A DNA stretch of 47,112 nt, taken from positions 908,470-955,581 of the forward strand of contig WELB01000015.1 in assembly GCA_009602725.1 (NCBI GenBank). Direction: 5' to 3'. Shown piece after piece: positions 10,601-22,179 of this stretch. The DNA is from Spirogloea muscicola (Eukaryota). The notes under the pieces are model-generated. The model ran no database searches, was not told the DNA's origin, and saw only the letters and a list, made by a program, of their open reading frames with translations. The position numbers were made by a program, and so were the translations under genes. Position 1 is the stretch's first letter. Every line of letters begins with the position of its first letter.

Positions 10601-12438
10601 ACTTTCTAATGTTGACAGGCAGCATTGGTCGCCCAGCCCAACGTAATGCGTACCAGGGCCCAGAATACTAATTTAGCAGACCTAGAGCCCATCTCCGAAG
10701 TCTTGCCAGCTCCTCCCTTGATGTTGGAAAGGGCAGTCTGCAGTCTGCTCCGCTCCCTACAGGCGCAGCAGCAGTCAAAGGGCAGTCCCAACAGACGCAC
10801 ACTAAGAGACTGGTTAAGAAAGCTCCACGAGAGCCTCAAGTGGGAGCAGAAAAGGTCTGGGTGTTCTCCACTTTGTTGCTCATCTTGTATAGCTAATCTC
10901 AGTCCAAGGAAAGAGTGTGGTCCCCAGGTGGACAACTCACTCCCCTTTCTGGCCACTGCTTGCCCGACTCTACTGCTCCAGGCTTGCCACATCCGGCCGT
11001 TGCTGCTTGTGGATGCTTCTTGATCACAAGGTACGAGCTGCTGACTATGCTGCCTGCAGGAGGCTAGTAGGCCTTTTTCCCAACTTGCTTGGTAAGGACA
11101 GGTAAATTAGCTCATGTGCAAGAGACATTGTTGTGACCGGCAGCAGGTTGTTTTGCTCAACTAAGGCAGCCGGTCAATTGCCAGAACTGACTGCCTCTGA
11201 ATAGATGGACTTCAGATTTGTTTGGTCAGTTAGCAAGTGTATGTAGAAGAGATGTTGTGGTGCTTCACATTGATTGTGAGAAAGTCTGGTGCATGACTTC
11301 GCATAGAACATCTCTCCCAAGCTCGCTTCAGCTGCCATATCAAGCTTTCAGCGAAAGTAGCTGCAGTCTGTTACTTCGTCTGATCTCCGCCGTGGAGACA
11401 GGGCAGCCCCTTCGCCCTTTGCCCCTTCGGAGGTTGCCAGGCCATCCAACCTCGCTGTTGCCCATCAGCTACTGTCTTCATCCTACTAACAGTTTCTAGT
11501 ATATCCAACCTCCGTGTATCTCGGAATGCCAGAAGTCCCGGTCCTCTGGCAAGCAATGAAGACTGCAAGTCCACTCACGCACAGCCATCTTCTGGGGCTA
11601 GTGAGCCCGTCATCTTAGGAGCTGGCCGCTATGCTAAGAAGGCTACTGACTGCTCACAGCCACCCCCTCGTGAATGCTTACCTGCCGCTCCTGCTCCGCT
11701 TGGCTTCTCACGAAGAGTCAATATTTCCACCGCCCGTCAGTATCTCTCGATTGAGCCCGAGAGTGAGAGAGAGGCGAAGGGGGGGTAGAAAGTGTTAGCT
11801 CACCCAGGGAGCAAGGCTGCAAAAGGGCCAGCCCAGTTGAAAGGGCTGTTTAGAAAGGGCATTGAAAGGACTGTGTGAAAGGCCGGATATGCTGTGTGGA
11901 TAAATCAAAAGGAGGCTGGGACCGCAGTGACCATAGTGACCCAAAATAGAGGTTCATCTTGCTTGATCGATCAGCGATTGGCTGTTTACCTGCGTGCTAT
12001 CTCCTTTCTGTCTCTTCTGTCTCTTCTTTTTTTCCTTTCGCCCACCCCCAACCCGACCGTTGGCGCGCCCGCGCTTGCCCCCCGCGCCGCCGCCGCCGCC
12101 GCCGCGGCGGCGGCGGCGGTCCTTTCGCCCCCCGCTGCCGCCGGCTGGCGAGCTGGCGCCGACGAGCTCATGGCCGCGCCAGGCCCCGGGGCTTCTTCGG
12201 GCGCCACGCTCAAGGCCGCGCCAGACCCTGCCCCCGCCCCTCTGGTTGCCTCGCCGCTGCCGAGTTCCCCCGGTCACCCTCGGCTGGGCAGCAGTTCCCC
12301 GTGCCTGCGCCAGCGACAGCTGCTCCTCCCGACGCTTCAAGCCCCGCGGCGGCGGCCTCGGGCGCCCCGGCCTCCTCTACCCCGGCGGGAGCCGAGCTCG
12401 TCCTCCCCTACCAAGCGCCTCCTGTCTTCACGGGCAGC

Positions 12439-12676
12439 NNNNNNNNNNNNNNNNNNNNNNNNNNNNNNNNNNNNNNNNNNNNNNNNNNNNNNNNNNNNNN
12501 NNNNNNNNNNNNNNNNNNNNNNNNNNNNNNNNNNNNNNNNNNNNNNNNNNNNNNNNNNNNNNNNNNNNNNNNNNNNNNNNNNNNNNNNNNNNNNNNNNNN
12601 NNNNNNNNNNNNNNNNNNNNNNNNNNNNNNNNNNNNNNNNNNNNNNNNNNNNNNNNNNNNNNNNNNNNNNNNNNNN
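12439..12676. other. Assembly gap (238 N)
   Basis: Run of n bases. Confidence 1.
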
Positions 12677-14650
12677 TGTGCTCACCCGTGGGTACAAGCG
12701 GTACAGGTCGAGTCGTCATGGCCCCCGTCAGCACGGCTCTCCCCGCTGTGTGGCACCTCCAACCCTCCTTTCCAATGTATTGGCTTGAATTGGCCTCCCT
12801 TTCAATTCATGCGCCCCGCGCGCCTTCTCTCTCTTTCCCCCACCCGCCCTCCCTCCTGCCATTGCTGCTTCCTCAACCTCCTCTAGCAGCTCCACAAGCG
12901 GTACCGGTCGAGTCGACATGGCCCCCGTCAGCACGGCTCCCCCCCGCTCTGTGGCACCTCCGGCCCTCCTAGTATAGGGCGTCTTTTCATGTAGCCACAT
13001 TCTTTGGGCTGCATTCTTTGCACTTTCTGCATTTTCTGCCTGAACAATGTAATGGCTTGAATTGGCCTCGCTTTAAATTCATGCGCACCGCGCGCCTTCT
13101 CTCTCTCTTCAGGACCTCATTACATTATCCTTGGGCCGACCTTTTGAAACCACACATAGCTGTGTATTTTTAGCGCCCTTCTTTCGACCCTTTGGACCTT
13201 GCCCTTTTTTCTGGGCTGTCTTTTCACAGGGGACCCACTTCCAGGGGACCCACTTCCAGGACCCTAGCCTCTCTGATTTGCGGCTGCTTAGCAGTGGTTA
13301 CTGAGTGATTTGTAGCTGCTTTCTTTCTTTGTGTGCTTTGGTTTCTTAGCGCTTCCTCTGGCTTCCTCTGGCCCCCTTCTCGTTCTTTGTTCATTCTTTT
13401 TTGGGCTGGCTTGTCCAGCCCCTATCCTCAATGGGCGAGCCCTTTCTTTTCACAACCCTCGCCCCGTTTAGACACCTTCAGACCCTCGCTCCCTCACGAG
13501 CTTGTTCATTTCTTTGGGCTGGCTTCTCACAGCCGTCAATCTGATTAGTGACTCTCCTGTGTGGTACTTGCTTAGTTATGTGTTTCTGCGCTTTCAGAGA
13601 AAGGGCTCGCCCATTGAGGATAGCTTTCCGGCCCCCCTTCAGACCTCTTCCATTCTTTTCGGGCTGGCTTTTCACAGCCTCGCCGCTTTAGAAGAGCCTC
13701 TTCTGACAATGGGCGAGCCCTTTCTTCTGACACCAGTGTTGACCCAGCCGCGCTGTATTCCGCAAGCAGGGCGAGCATCCGACTTCAACGCCGCTGACTC
13801 GCTAGCGCAGGTGTTTCGCATGCCCCTGTCCATATTCCTCCAGCAGATAATGGCCCACGCTTTGCATCTGCGTGCTGGCCATGCTCTAGCTGCAGCCTCT
13901 GGCTTTCGTCAAGGGGACTGCTTTCTGGCGGCCAGTCTTCCTGACTTGCGGCTGCCAATTCAATCTTACTGAGTGATCAACCTACATGGTTTTTGCATAG
14001 CTGTGTGCTTCTGGCTCCTTTTGGCCCTCTGGAAAGCGTCCATTCTTTCTGGGCCGGCTTTTCACAGCCCCCGCCCCCGTTGGAAGAAGTCGCTACTGAT
14101 AGGGACTCTCACAGCCATTGCCTAAGAAGAATTGCCTTACACTGAAACAGCTCTCAAATATAATAAGGCATTGGAAGAGCTCACCTTGAAGCTGGTCAAT
14201 ATATCCGCTAGTGGCACAAGAGCTTGCCGTCCAGTATTCGAGCGTCAGTTAGCGACCTCTCCGTGTGTATTAAGTGATAGGGGGCCTGAATGAGTGATGG
14301 AGGGCTTCTACGTGCTGTGGTAACTGAGCGACCGACCCTGCAGGTGATGTACATCTGTCAATGTGCTTGCCGTTGTACTTTACCACTCAGGCCCTGCGTC
14401 ACACTGTTACCTTCTTAAACCCCTTAGCATAGAATTTCGTCTCATGTAGCCCCACTGCTTTTCTCACGAGCTTTTACCTGAAGAATGTATTGGCTTGCAT
14501 TGGCCCACCCTTTCATCTCGTGCGCACCGCGCGCCTTCCTTTACTTTCAGACCCGTGGTTAATAAGTGGGTCAAGCTGCAGTAGGTGACATACGTTCATC
14601 AGATGTGCTTGCCTTTGTACATTGTCATTTTGGCCTTCGATTGTCTTAAT
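12677..14650 (+). mobile_element. Nest of retroelement 3' ends and ORF C-termini
   Basis: Terminal motif at 12773-12834, diverged copies at ~13036-13108 and ~14485-14540. ORF relics at ~13220-13305 and 13740-13972 (FNAADSLAQVFRMPLSIFLQQIMAHALHLRAGHALAAASGFRQGD). Confidence 0.8.
12694..12970 (+). repeat. ~76-bp imperfect direct repeat, 200-bp period
   Basis: acaagcggtac.ggtcgagtcg.catggcccccgtcagcacggctc...tgtggcacctcc..ccctcct at 12694-12769 and 12894-12970. Confidence 0.9.
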
Positions 14651-15340
14651 TACTCGAAACGTCTTCCTCTCGTTGACCGAGCTGCTTCTCCGTCTTGCCT
14701 GATTGATTTCAATCATTCTCAGCCAAGTGAGGCCCTGCCTCCAACGCCGCCGCCGCCGCCGCTTTGCCGTCGCCGCGACGGCGGTCGGGCCCTCCGTCTC
14801 TCGCCGCCATGGCTGGCGCCTCTGCCCGCCTCACACTGCAGCCTCTGGATCCGGCCTGCGCAACCTCCGCCGGAGGATCGATGGGCGCTGCTCAGATGTC
14901 AGTAACAGGTGTGCAGACGGCAGAGCCAGTCCCTCCTCTCGTCGTCACGTTGGCTTGAAGATCCACTGGTTGCTCAATTGGCTACTGAGCGTTGTCTAGT
15001 TTCTCTTATGAGCTCCTTGAATCAGCGCAGATAAGAGTTGCGCGCCCTCTCGATCGCCACAACCATATATTGCAGTCAGCCCTAGGCGACCCTTATAGAA
15101 AAGAGAGTGAATTCAATGACGAATGCCCATCTTGGGATCCTGCAGTGCGGCCGAAGACTGCAGGTCTTGTCGCGAGGGGATGAGGTCGCAGGCGGTACAT
15201 TGGCCATGACTGGGAGCTCCTTGGCTTGGAGAGGCGGACTTTCCTGGCGGCAATTCATTCAGTGGAGCAACTGCAAAGCTATTACAGCGATAACCGTATG
15301 ATCGTGGGAAGTAAGAGCCGTGGGAAGCTGGAAAATCAGG

Positions 15341-18300
15341 ATGATTGCCAGCATGGACATCCATGTTGGGCAGTCGCCTACGCAGCTGCTGGTCTTTGCA
15401 GTCCTGCCGATTGCGAAGGTTCTTGTGATGTGCTCCTTCGGTCTCCTCATGGCCTCCTCGTACGTCAACCTGCTGACGCTGGACAACCGGAGGCTTCTGA
15501 CCAAGGTCTGTGTGCTCCTTGCTCTCATATTCATTTCCTGGACGATGGCCTCAGTCACCAGAATCACTCAAGGGCAGAGGAGTAGACTCCTCTTCCCTCT
15601 TGCACAAACTCTCATCGTTGTTGGCTAGAGTCAAGTAGTGTTGAGAGTGCTTGGTTCTGTCTGAGTATTTAAGCAAGTCACATTTGCGCAGCATGCTAGT
15701 GACAAGTCCACGACTGTAATTCAGGGAAAGCAGTCTGCACCACCTTGAGCAGAATGTCATGTAGAATACAACTGAGCAAGCTGATCTGTGGGTTTTTGAT
15801 AGAGCTTCGGACTAGCAAGACTGCAATTAAGCACTGTTAGCAAGTCCTTAGCTCTGTCAGAAGTCTGCGAGAAACAGCGACAGATGCTAGATAAGAATAG
15901 ACTAGTACTCAAGGATGGTTATTGACAGCCCGATTGTTTTCTCAAGCTGTCTCATGCAGCTGGTCTTCACGATATTTCTGCCTTGCCTTATCTTCACGCA
16001 GCTGGGCTCGGCCGTGACATTCTGCAAAATGCTAGAATGGTACGTTATTCACATGTAAGATGAATCAGGGTTGCCACACCTTTTGGTGGATATTAGCTTG
16101 CAAGCTCTGCTTTCTACCAATGTCCCAGATGTGGCCGATGTGATTAAGAATTGCAAAGCATGACTGCATCAAGCAACACAAGGCGTCGCTTATAAATTTG
16201 TATATTGTATAGTGTCATTGCACACCCAAGATTATGAGGAATGAATTTTCAGGTAAGGCTTGTCCTTGTACTTCTGTACTTTGAGCTGGCAGGTGGTTCA
16301 TCCCAGTTAATGTGCTAGTAGGAGCTTTTGGAGGATGTGCAATCGGCTATGCAGTTGCATATCTTTTCAAGCCGCCACCGGAGTTCTTCAACCTCACAGT
16401 TGTCATGATTGGAATAGGTGAGGCAAGCTCTCATAAATAGTCCACATCTTGAGCTTTGCCTTACCTGCTGCTGGCTGACGCGCTTACACTTATTTTTTCA
16501 TAACTGCAAAATACAACTGTTCAATCCAATCAGGCTCATTCAGCTTACAGCACAGGGGGTGAGGGTTTCTATTAGCTGGTGTGTGGACACACATTGAAGC
16601 ATTCTCTCAGTACTTTGTAGCCATCTGTTATCTGTTTCAATCCGAGTGTCATGTATCTGCTCACGTACCCAAAGATTGCCTCACTTGTAGTACCTCCAAG
16701 CAAACCAAGAGGAAGAGGGCTTCTCTGCTAGAGGGCTTCGTCTACCCTGTGTATAAACGAAATAGCAACATGGCACTCCATGTTGCTACCGTCGTACTCC
16801 CCTTCTGGCATGGAGTGCTTGACTGCAGTCAAGCCAGAACTTATCACTACGTCCATTGCAGGGAATATTGGCAACATCCCGCTTGTCCTCATAGGCTCAA
16901 TCTGTGAAGAGAAGGACAACCCCTTTGGCGCTTCCGAAGTTTGCAATGAAAGAGGTGTTGCATACATCTCCTTTGGCCAGTGGGTAAGTGTACAGAGCTT
17001 GTATCTGTCTTGTGTTTTCCTTGAAAGCGTCACAATCTCATGTGCAATATGTCCTGCATCATCTATTTGTGAGTATCTCAATAAGCCCTGGCTTAATGAC
17101 ATTGTGCAGGTCGGAGCAATTATTGTCTACACGTATGCATACAAGATGCTGGCACCACCTGACATGCCTTCTGTGGCTCCCACGGAGTATGAGAGCCACG
17201 ATGAGAAGAATGAGGATGCTGTCACTGAAAACGATTCAGATGACAATGCGAGCTTCGAGGTGTCACTTATTCCCAAAACAGATACACAGCAAGGGGTAAG
17301 AATTCGCAACCCAGTAGCATACAATTCGTTCTATTGTGTCACACACAGACAATCTGCCTTGCTTAGATAATACTCGTATGTGAGGCTGCTCTGTCCCTTT
17401 CCGATCACAGAGTCATCTGTATATTGGGGGACCTGGCAGACGAGTTTGAGGCTTCCTAGCCAAGTGACACAGGCCTCTGAAATGGCAGGTCCTCATACGC
17501 ATTACACGTGCACTTAGGGCAGTGCGATACCATGACGTCTTGCAGCCGCCTGTTGTTGCATCAGTAAGAAGCAAACTCTCACAGAACAAGGCACATGCAC
17601 TGCAATCGACATGTTGCTGCTGCTCGATTTTTCTACTTCTTTTTTTTTGGAGATTTGAATGTTTAGGATTTCTGAGGTTACACGATTATCTGTGCTTGGA
17701 CATTGGTAATTTCTCACGCTGCAGTATTCATTGTCACATGACCAGCGTTTCCTTGTTCACAGCTCCTTGCAATAGCAGCTGGTGCCATTCGGCCTCTGAA
17801 AGGCCTACTATTTGAGCAGGATGCGCCCCTGTACTTCATCACCGACAGCCTCAACATGATGGGGTATGTGTTGTTCCTACTTGGCAGGACAGTCTCAGGG
17901 CATCAAGAGAAGGTAGAGAATGTAGTTAAGCCTATTTCTCATTATTGTTGTTGGTCAGTAAGGTATACTTTTCAGCGTCAGCTCTTAGCATACAGGTAAC
18001 ATTCTTCTTTAGTTGATAATGCATCTCATTAAAGTGTATATTGCCTTGCAGGGGTGCCATGATTCCGTGCATCATGCTTGCGCTTGGCGGCAACCTTATT
18101 CAAGGTAATAAATAAGAAGCTCAAAGCAGAAGCGCGACTTGAAAGCCCGTGTCGTGCTGATGACACTAGTCCTTGAATATCAATTCTGATTCTCTTATTC
18201 ATTCTTTAGTATAAATATTCATTGGGTCTGCTTGAGCAGTGTCCCCTGTCTACTTCTCCAGGACCTGGAAGTTCCAGCCTTGGGTGGCGGACGACAGTCA

Positions 18301-19116
18301 TCATCACAGTTGTCAGGCTAATATTGGTCCCTCCATTTGGACTGCTAATAGTCTACCTGGCGGATAGACTTGGGTACTGATATATTCTGTGCATATCTCC
18401 ACGTCCTTGTATTACATACTGTAGCCACATTACAATCTATCTGGCAGCAGGCAGTGAGGATTGCTTTGGCTAGTTGTTGCTGTCAGGTTTTGCAATGGGC
18501 TTATGAAATTATTGAGATGTGTTTGCAGATTCTTACCTCCTGGTGATACGATATTCAGATTTGTCTTGCTGCTGCAACATTCCATGCCAAGCTCCATCCT
18601 AGCAGGTGAATGTCTAGGGTCAACGGACATTGACCCAAGAATCAATGTTTCTGGATTCTGGGGGACCTCAAGCGAGCCAGATGTAGAGTATGTTCATGAC
18701 ATTGTTGTTTAATATTCTGTAAATACTGCATACTTCCACTTCTCTCCAATTAAAGATAGACAGATTTTCATATGAAGCAAGACAGCCAGACGATTGTGAC
18801 TGTACTTAGACCATGTGACATTAGCATCAGAAATTGAGCTACTACCGTAATGGAGCAGTAGGAGATGTCCTCACTCCTTGTGAGGACATACCCTGAACTC
18901 TAAACCCCTAGACCCTTAACCCTAAACCTTAAACCCAAACCCTTGAAACTTAACATGTTGTCTCTGACCTGGTTGTCTTGAGCTTAATCAGGTGCCGTGG
19001 CGAGCTTGCAAGGCTACGCCGAGAAGGAGGTAGCTGCAGTGCTCTTCTGGGAGCACATCTGCGCCATAGTCACCATGGCTGGCTGGCTGGCCCTGTATAT
19101 GCGTTACCTCTTCTGA
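15341..19116 (+). CDS. PILS: PIN-LIKES auxin-transporter family protein (PILS6-like), 11 coding exons
   Basis: Exons 15341-15505, 15960-16039, 16293-16417, 16862-16983, 17110-17295, 17489-17563, 17763-17863, 18052-18104, 18262-18373, 18529-18605, 18992-19116, all GT-AG. Motifs AVLPIAKV, LVFTIFLPCLIFTQLG, WWFIPVNV, GNIGNIPLVL, YISFGQWVGAII, AMIPCIMLALGGNL, FVLLLQHSMPSSILAGAVA. Start codon uncertain. Confidence 0.93.
18891..18950. repeat. Degenerate interstitial telomere-like (CCCTAAA)n in the last PILS intron
   Basis: ccctgaactctaaacccctagacccttaaccctaaaccttaaacccaaacccttgaaac. Confidence 0.75.
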
Positions 19117-19558
19117 GAATACCCAGTCCCAGCTAACAACGTGGACATAGAAAGGGTACCAAGCTCAGAGACGCGTCTGCGCGTACTCCGATTGCTGCGT
19201 TGCTATTTCCAACGTAGTCATCTGAAGAAGCTCATGTATTAATCGTCATATTCCCACAGCCTTCTCTTATACAATCATCCCACTGCCTCATCACCACCAT
19301 ATTTGCAGTCCTCACTTATGAGGTCATGCTATACCCACTCAATTAAGCACTTCGCAAGCTTGTCACATAGCGAAGCCCCCAAGAAGCAGGCGCATTGTCT
19401 GCATGTAAGGCAGGCTAAAATTCCTTGACTGGTAGTGGTACAACTCAAAGCATGAGGTGTACAACCCCCAATTATGAGCAGCATCTCGTATTTTTGGTTA
19501 GCAAGATGTAATCTGCTCACGCTACAGTGCTGTCATTGTATTAATACATTGGTGCTCT

Positions 19559-21947
19559 TTAGGCTTGGGAGAACCTCGGCTCGTCCTTCAGGCCATAGAT
19601 GCCTTTTCCTGCAGGCGCAACATTAGGCGGACTGGCAAAGTCGTTCTTTATGGAAGAGTTGCTGCAATGTCCTGTCAGCAGTGTACTGTGGCTGAGGCAT
19701 AACGGCCTCCTTTGTTGTTGAGCTGGAAACTCTTTATTCCCGTGCATTCCATCTTCAGCAAAAGTTGATGTGAAAGTACTGTGGATGGTGAAGCAGAAAG
19801 GCCTTAATTCAAGTTTCATGTCTATGTGCCTAAGTAGTGCAATGGTGGTGCAATTAAAGCTGCAAATAGGGGGCACAGGCTGGGGCAACTCACCATCATC
19901 AAGGGTGATCGGCACAGCGCCACAAACCTTCTGGTAGAAGTCCACAGGCCCAGCTGCGCCAATTATGGCATACACATACCTTTCATTGGTTCACAGAACG
20001 TGTGTAAATCTTTGCACAGTGGCAAGCAGTTGACAAGGGGAGTGGTCACTGGGCATGTGCTGCAGAAGGTTGCATCTAAGTCAGCAAACGAATCGTGGTG
20101 GCACTTAGAAGGTGCAGAAGACAGGAGTGCCGCTGCAACCACTGCTTGGGTTAATAGTGGAAGTCCATTGTCACTCTCCAGTACGTTATAGAGGGCCCTA
20201 TCGCAAGGACAAGCTGTTGCATCTGTGACCTGGCTGCGTGAGGTCACTTCTAACGAGGTAAAAGGGAGAGTCCAGGCTTGAAGAAGTCTCGAGTCCAGGC
20301 TTGGTACTAGAATAGGGTCTACTATTAAGTGTTCCGTTCGACTTCAGTTAGTTTGATTTTAGATGAAGGCTTCGTGTCACGGTTTTGGAGTCTAACCCCA
20401 TGTCCTGCAGGCCATGCAGGCATGCCAGGAGAAGCGCCGACCCCACACCCTGCCATGCCGCGCAGCAGTGCTAGTCGTGAAAGAGCAACCTTGGTGGGAG
20501 CAGCAAAGATATTGACAAAGAATGGATCACATTTGGGTTGTAACCAGTTGATGTTGGATTCGGGATCTAAGGCTTAGGCAGCTTCGTCAGGAACTTTATC
20601 AAATGACTTGAGGAGGCCTTTCGTCCATAATAGCAACTTGCTTCGTCTTTTGCACGGCAGCCATTGTGGGCCTCCGCTGACCTTCTTGGTGTGGTCCCTG
20701 GCGACGCCCATGGGCCCGAAGAAGTTGCGGCGGGTGCACTCGTCTGGGCAGCATCCAAGCAGCAGCAGAGCTCAGCGGCCGAAGACAACCGCAGATGCTC
20801 TTAGCGTCCAGGCTTGAGCATTGCCGCAGGCACGCAAGGGTCTGAATGAGGGTGTGGAGTCCAAGGATTGCTATATAGATATTGAGGGCTTAATTTTGAG
20901 AAGGTAGACTGTAGGCTGGCAATCTAAGCTTGCACTGCCCGAGCAGCTCACAGGCTGCCCAGCCGACGATGTGATCCTGCACCTCGACACTTCAAGACGA
21001 GTCAGCTGAAAGAGAGCACAACTTCCGTTTGCTGAATGGCCAGATCCAGATTTCTTTCAAGCTTTCCCAATAGACAGAATGTCGAGTGGGGAGGCTACTT
21101 GGTGGTGTAGGCCAGCAATGAAAGTGTGGCTCGGCAATTTGCTAATTCTGAAGCTCAGCTGGTGACATTTTAGGCTGTCCCCTGACCATAGTTGTTGACT
21201 GCCAAACGCGCATATATTGTGATTTCTACTCCTTAAGGGACTTTCTCAATGAGAGGTTGTGTTGAGGCGGCTGACAATGTGTCATGATGTTGACCATTAT
21301 CTTTGTTAACAGTGCTCGCAGCGAAGCAACTTGGCTGGTACATTCTGGTACAATGTGAGCAGGAGCTGCCCCTACCTTGTGCCACGCAACAAAGCAGGAG
21401 ATGGGCTGCCTCGAGAATGCAACGGACGTCTCCTGCGCCAACGCCATGAATCAGGGCTCGTGTCCACCCTCCATGTATTGCAATGCAGTGGGGAAACGCC
21501 GTGCCTGCGCCCACGCCGGAGTGAAGTTGTCGGTGATGAACGCACGCAGCTGGTCCTGCGCAGCGTTAGCAGTCCAAGCCGGCTGTGAGCAGCGAGCGTA
21601 GAAAGGTATCTTACGTCATTTGAATAATCTGCTAGTTCTGCTAAACTTTGCTACTTATGCTGGGTTTTTGGCAGGCCTGGCGGCTGTGCCTGCTCCCAGG
21701 GGTTTGGCCGCCGGACGTGGACGCCTTGCCGCCGGAGGCGGTCCAGCAGCGGCTCCGCGCGCGCAAGGTGCACCTGGGCGGCGCAGACCCACCACAGCAC
21801 GGATGCTCAGGCTGTCGCTGGAATTTTGCATGCTCAAGGGCTTGTGGCTCCAGGGTTTGGCATTAAGGCGTTTCAGACTTCATGACAACGGCGGCGCTGG
21901 GGCCGCAGCGGCTGCTGGCTCACCAGGGAGCACAGGAGGTCCGGCAT
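19559..21947 (-). CDS. Single-domain GNAT N-acetyltransferase of bacterial type, 163 aa, 9 exons
   Basis: Exons 21947-21924, 21773-21690, 21555-21505, 21432-21376, 20976-20952, 20743-20682, 20449-20397, 19979-19894, 19608-19559 total 492 nt in one open frame: MPDLLCSLVHLARAEPLLDRLRRQGVHVRRPNPWEQDQLRAFITDNFTPAWAQETSVAFSRQPISCFVAWHKDHIVGWAAYECTRRNFFGPMGVARDHTKKGVGSALLLACLHGLQDMGYVYAIIGAAGPVDFYQKVCGAVPITLDDGKGIYGLKDEPRFSQA. Acetyl-CoA motif A region is V...KKGVGSALL. Confidence 0.88.
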
Positions 21948-21952
21948 TGCCA

Positions 21953-21993
21953 CCCCAAACCCTAAACCCTAAACCCTGATCCCCTTGAACCCC
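21953..21993. repeat. Telomere-like / telo-box repeats just upstream of the GNAT ATG
   Basis: ccccaaaccctaaaccctaaaccctgatccccttgaacccc. Confidence 0.8.
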
Positions 21994-22179
21994 AGGCGCG
22001 AGACCCAGTATCCGCCGCCGCCGCCGCAGCCGCCGCCGCAGCCGCCGCCGCCGCCGCCGTCGCCGTGGATGGCAATGGTCGCCGTGAGCTATTGTAGGCG
22101 ATAGCTTGGTGCTCAGTCAGAGCAGGGCTATTTACTGAAGGCCGCAATATCAAGGTTTTCGACATACTCTTGGATTACC

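Noticed and set aside
13300..13720. Hammerhead or HDV ribozyme in the UTR modules
   Set aside because: I could not place a CUGAnGA...GAAA core or an HDV nested double pseudoknot by eye.
14809..14901. Possible upstream coding exon of PILS (MAGASARL...)
   Set aside because: No PILS similarity and splice phase unverifiable; may be 5' UTR.
21700..21767. Plus-strand exon-like stretch (VWPPDVDALPPEAVQQRLRARK) with AG/GT borders
   Set aside because: It is the antisense of GNAT exon 2, which fits the family motif and frame; no other plus-strand exons join it.
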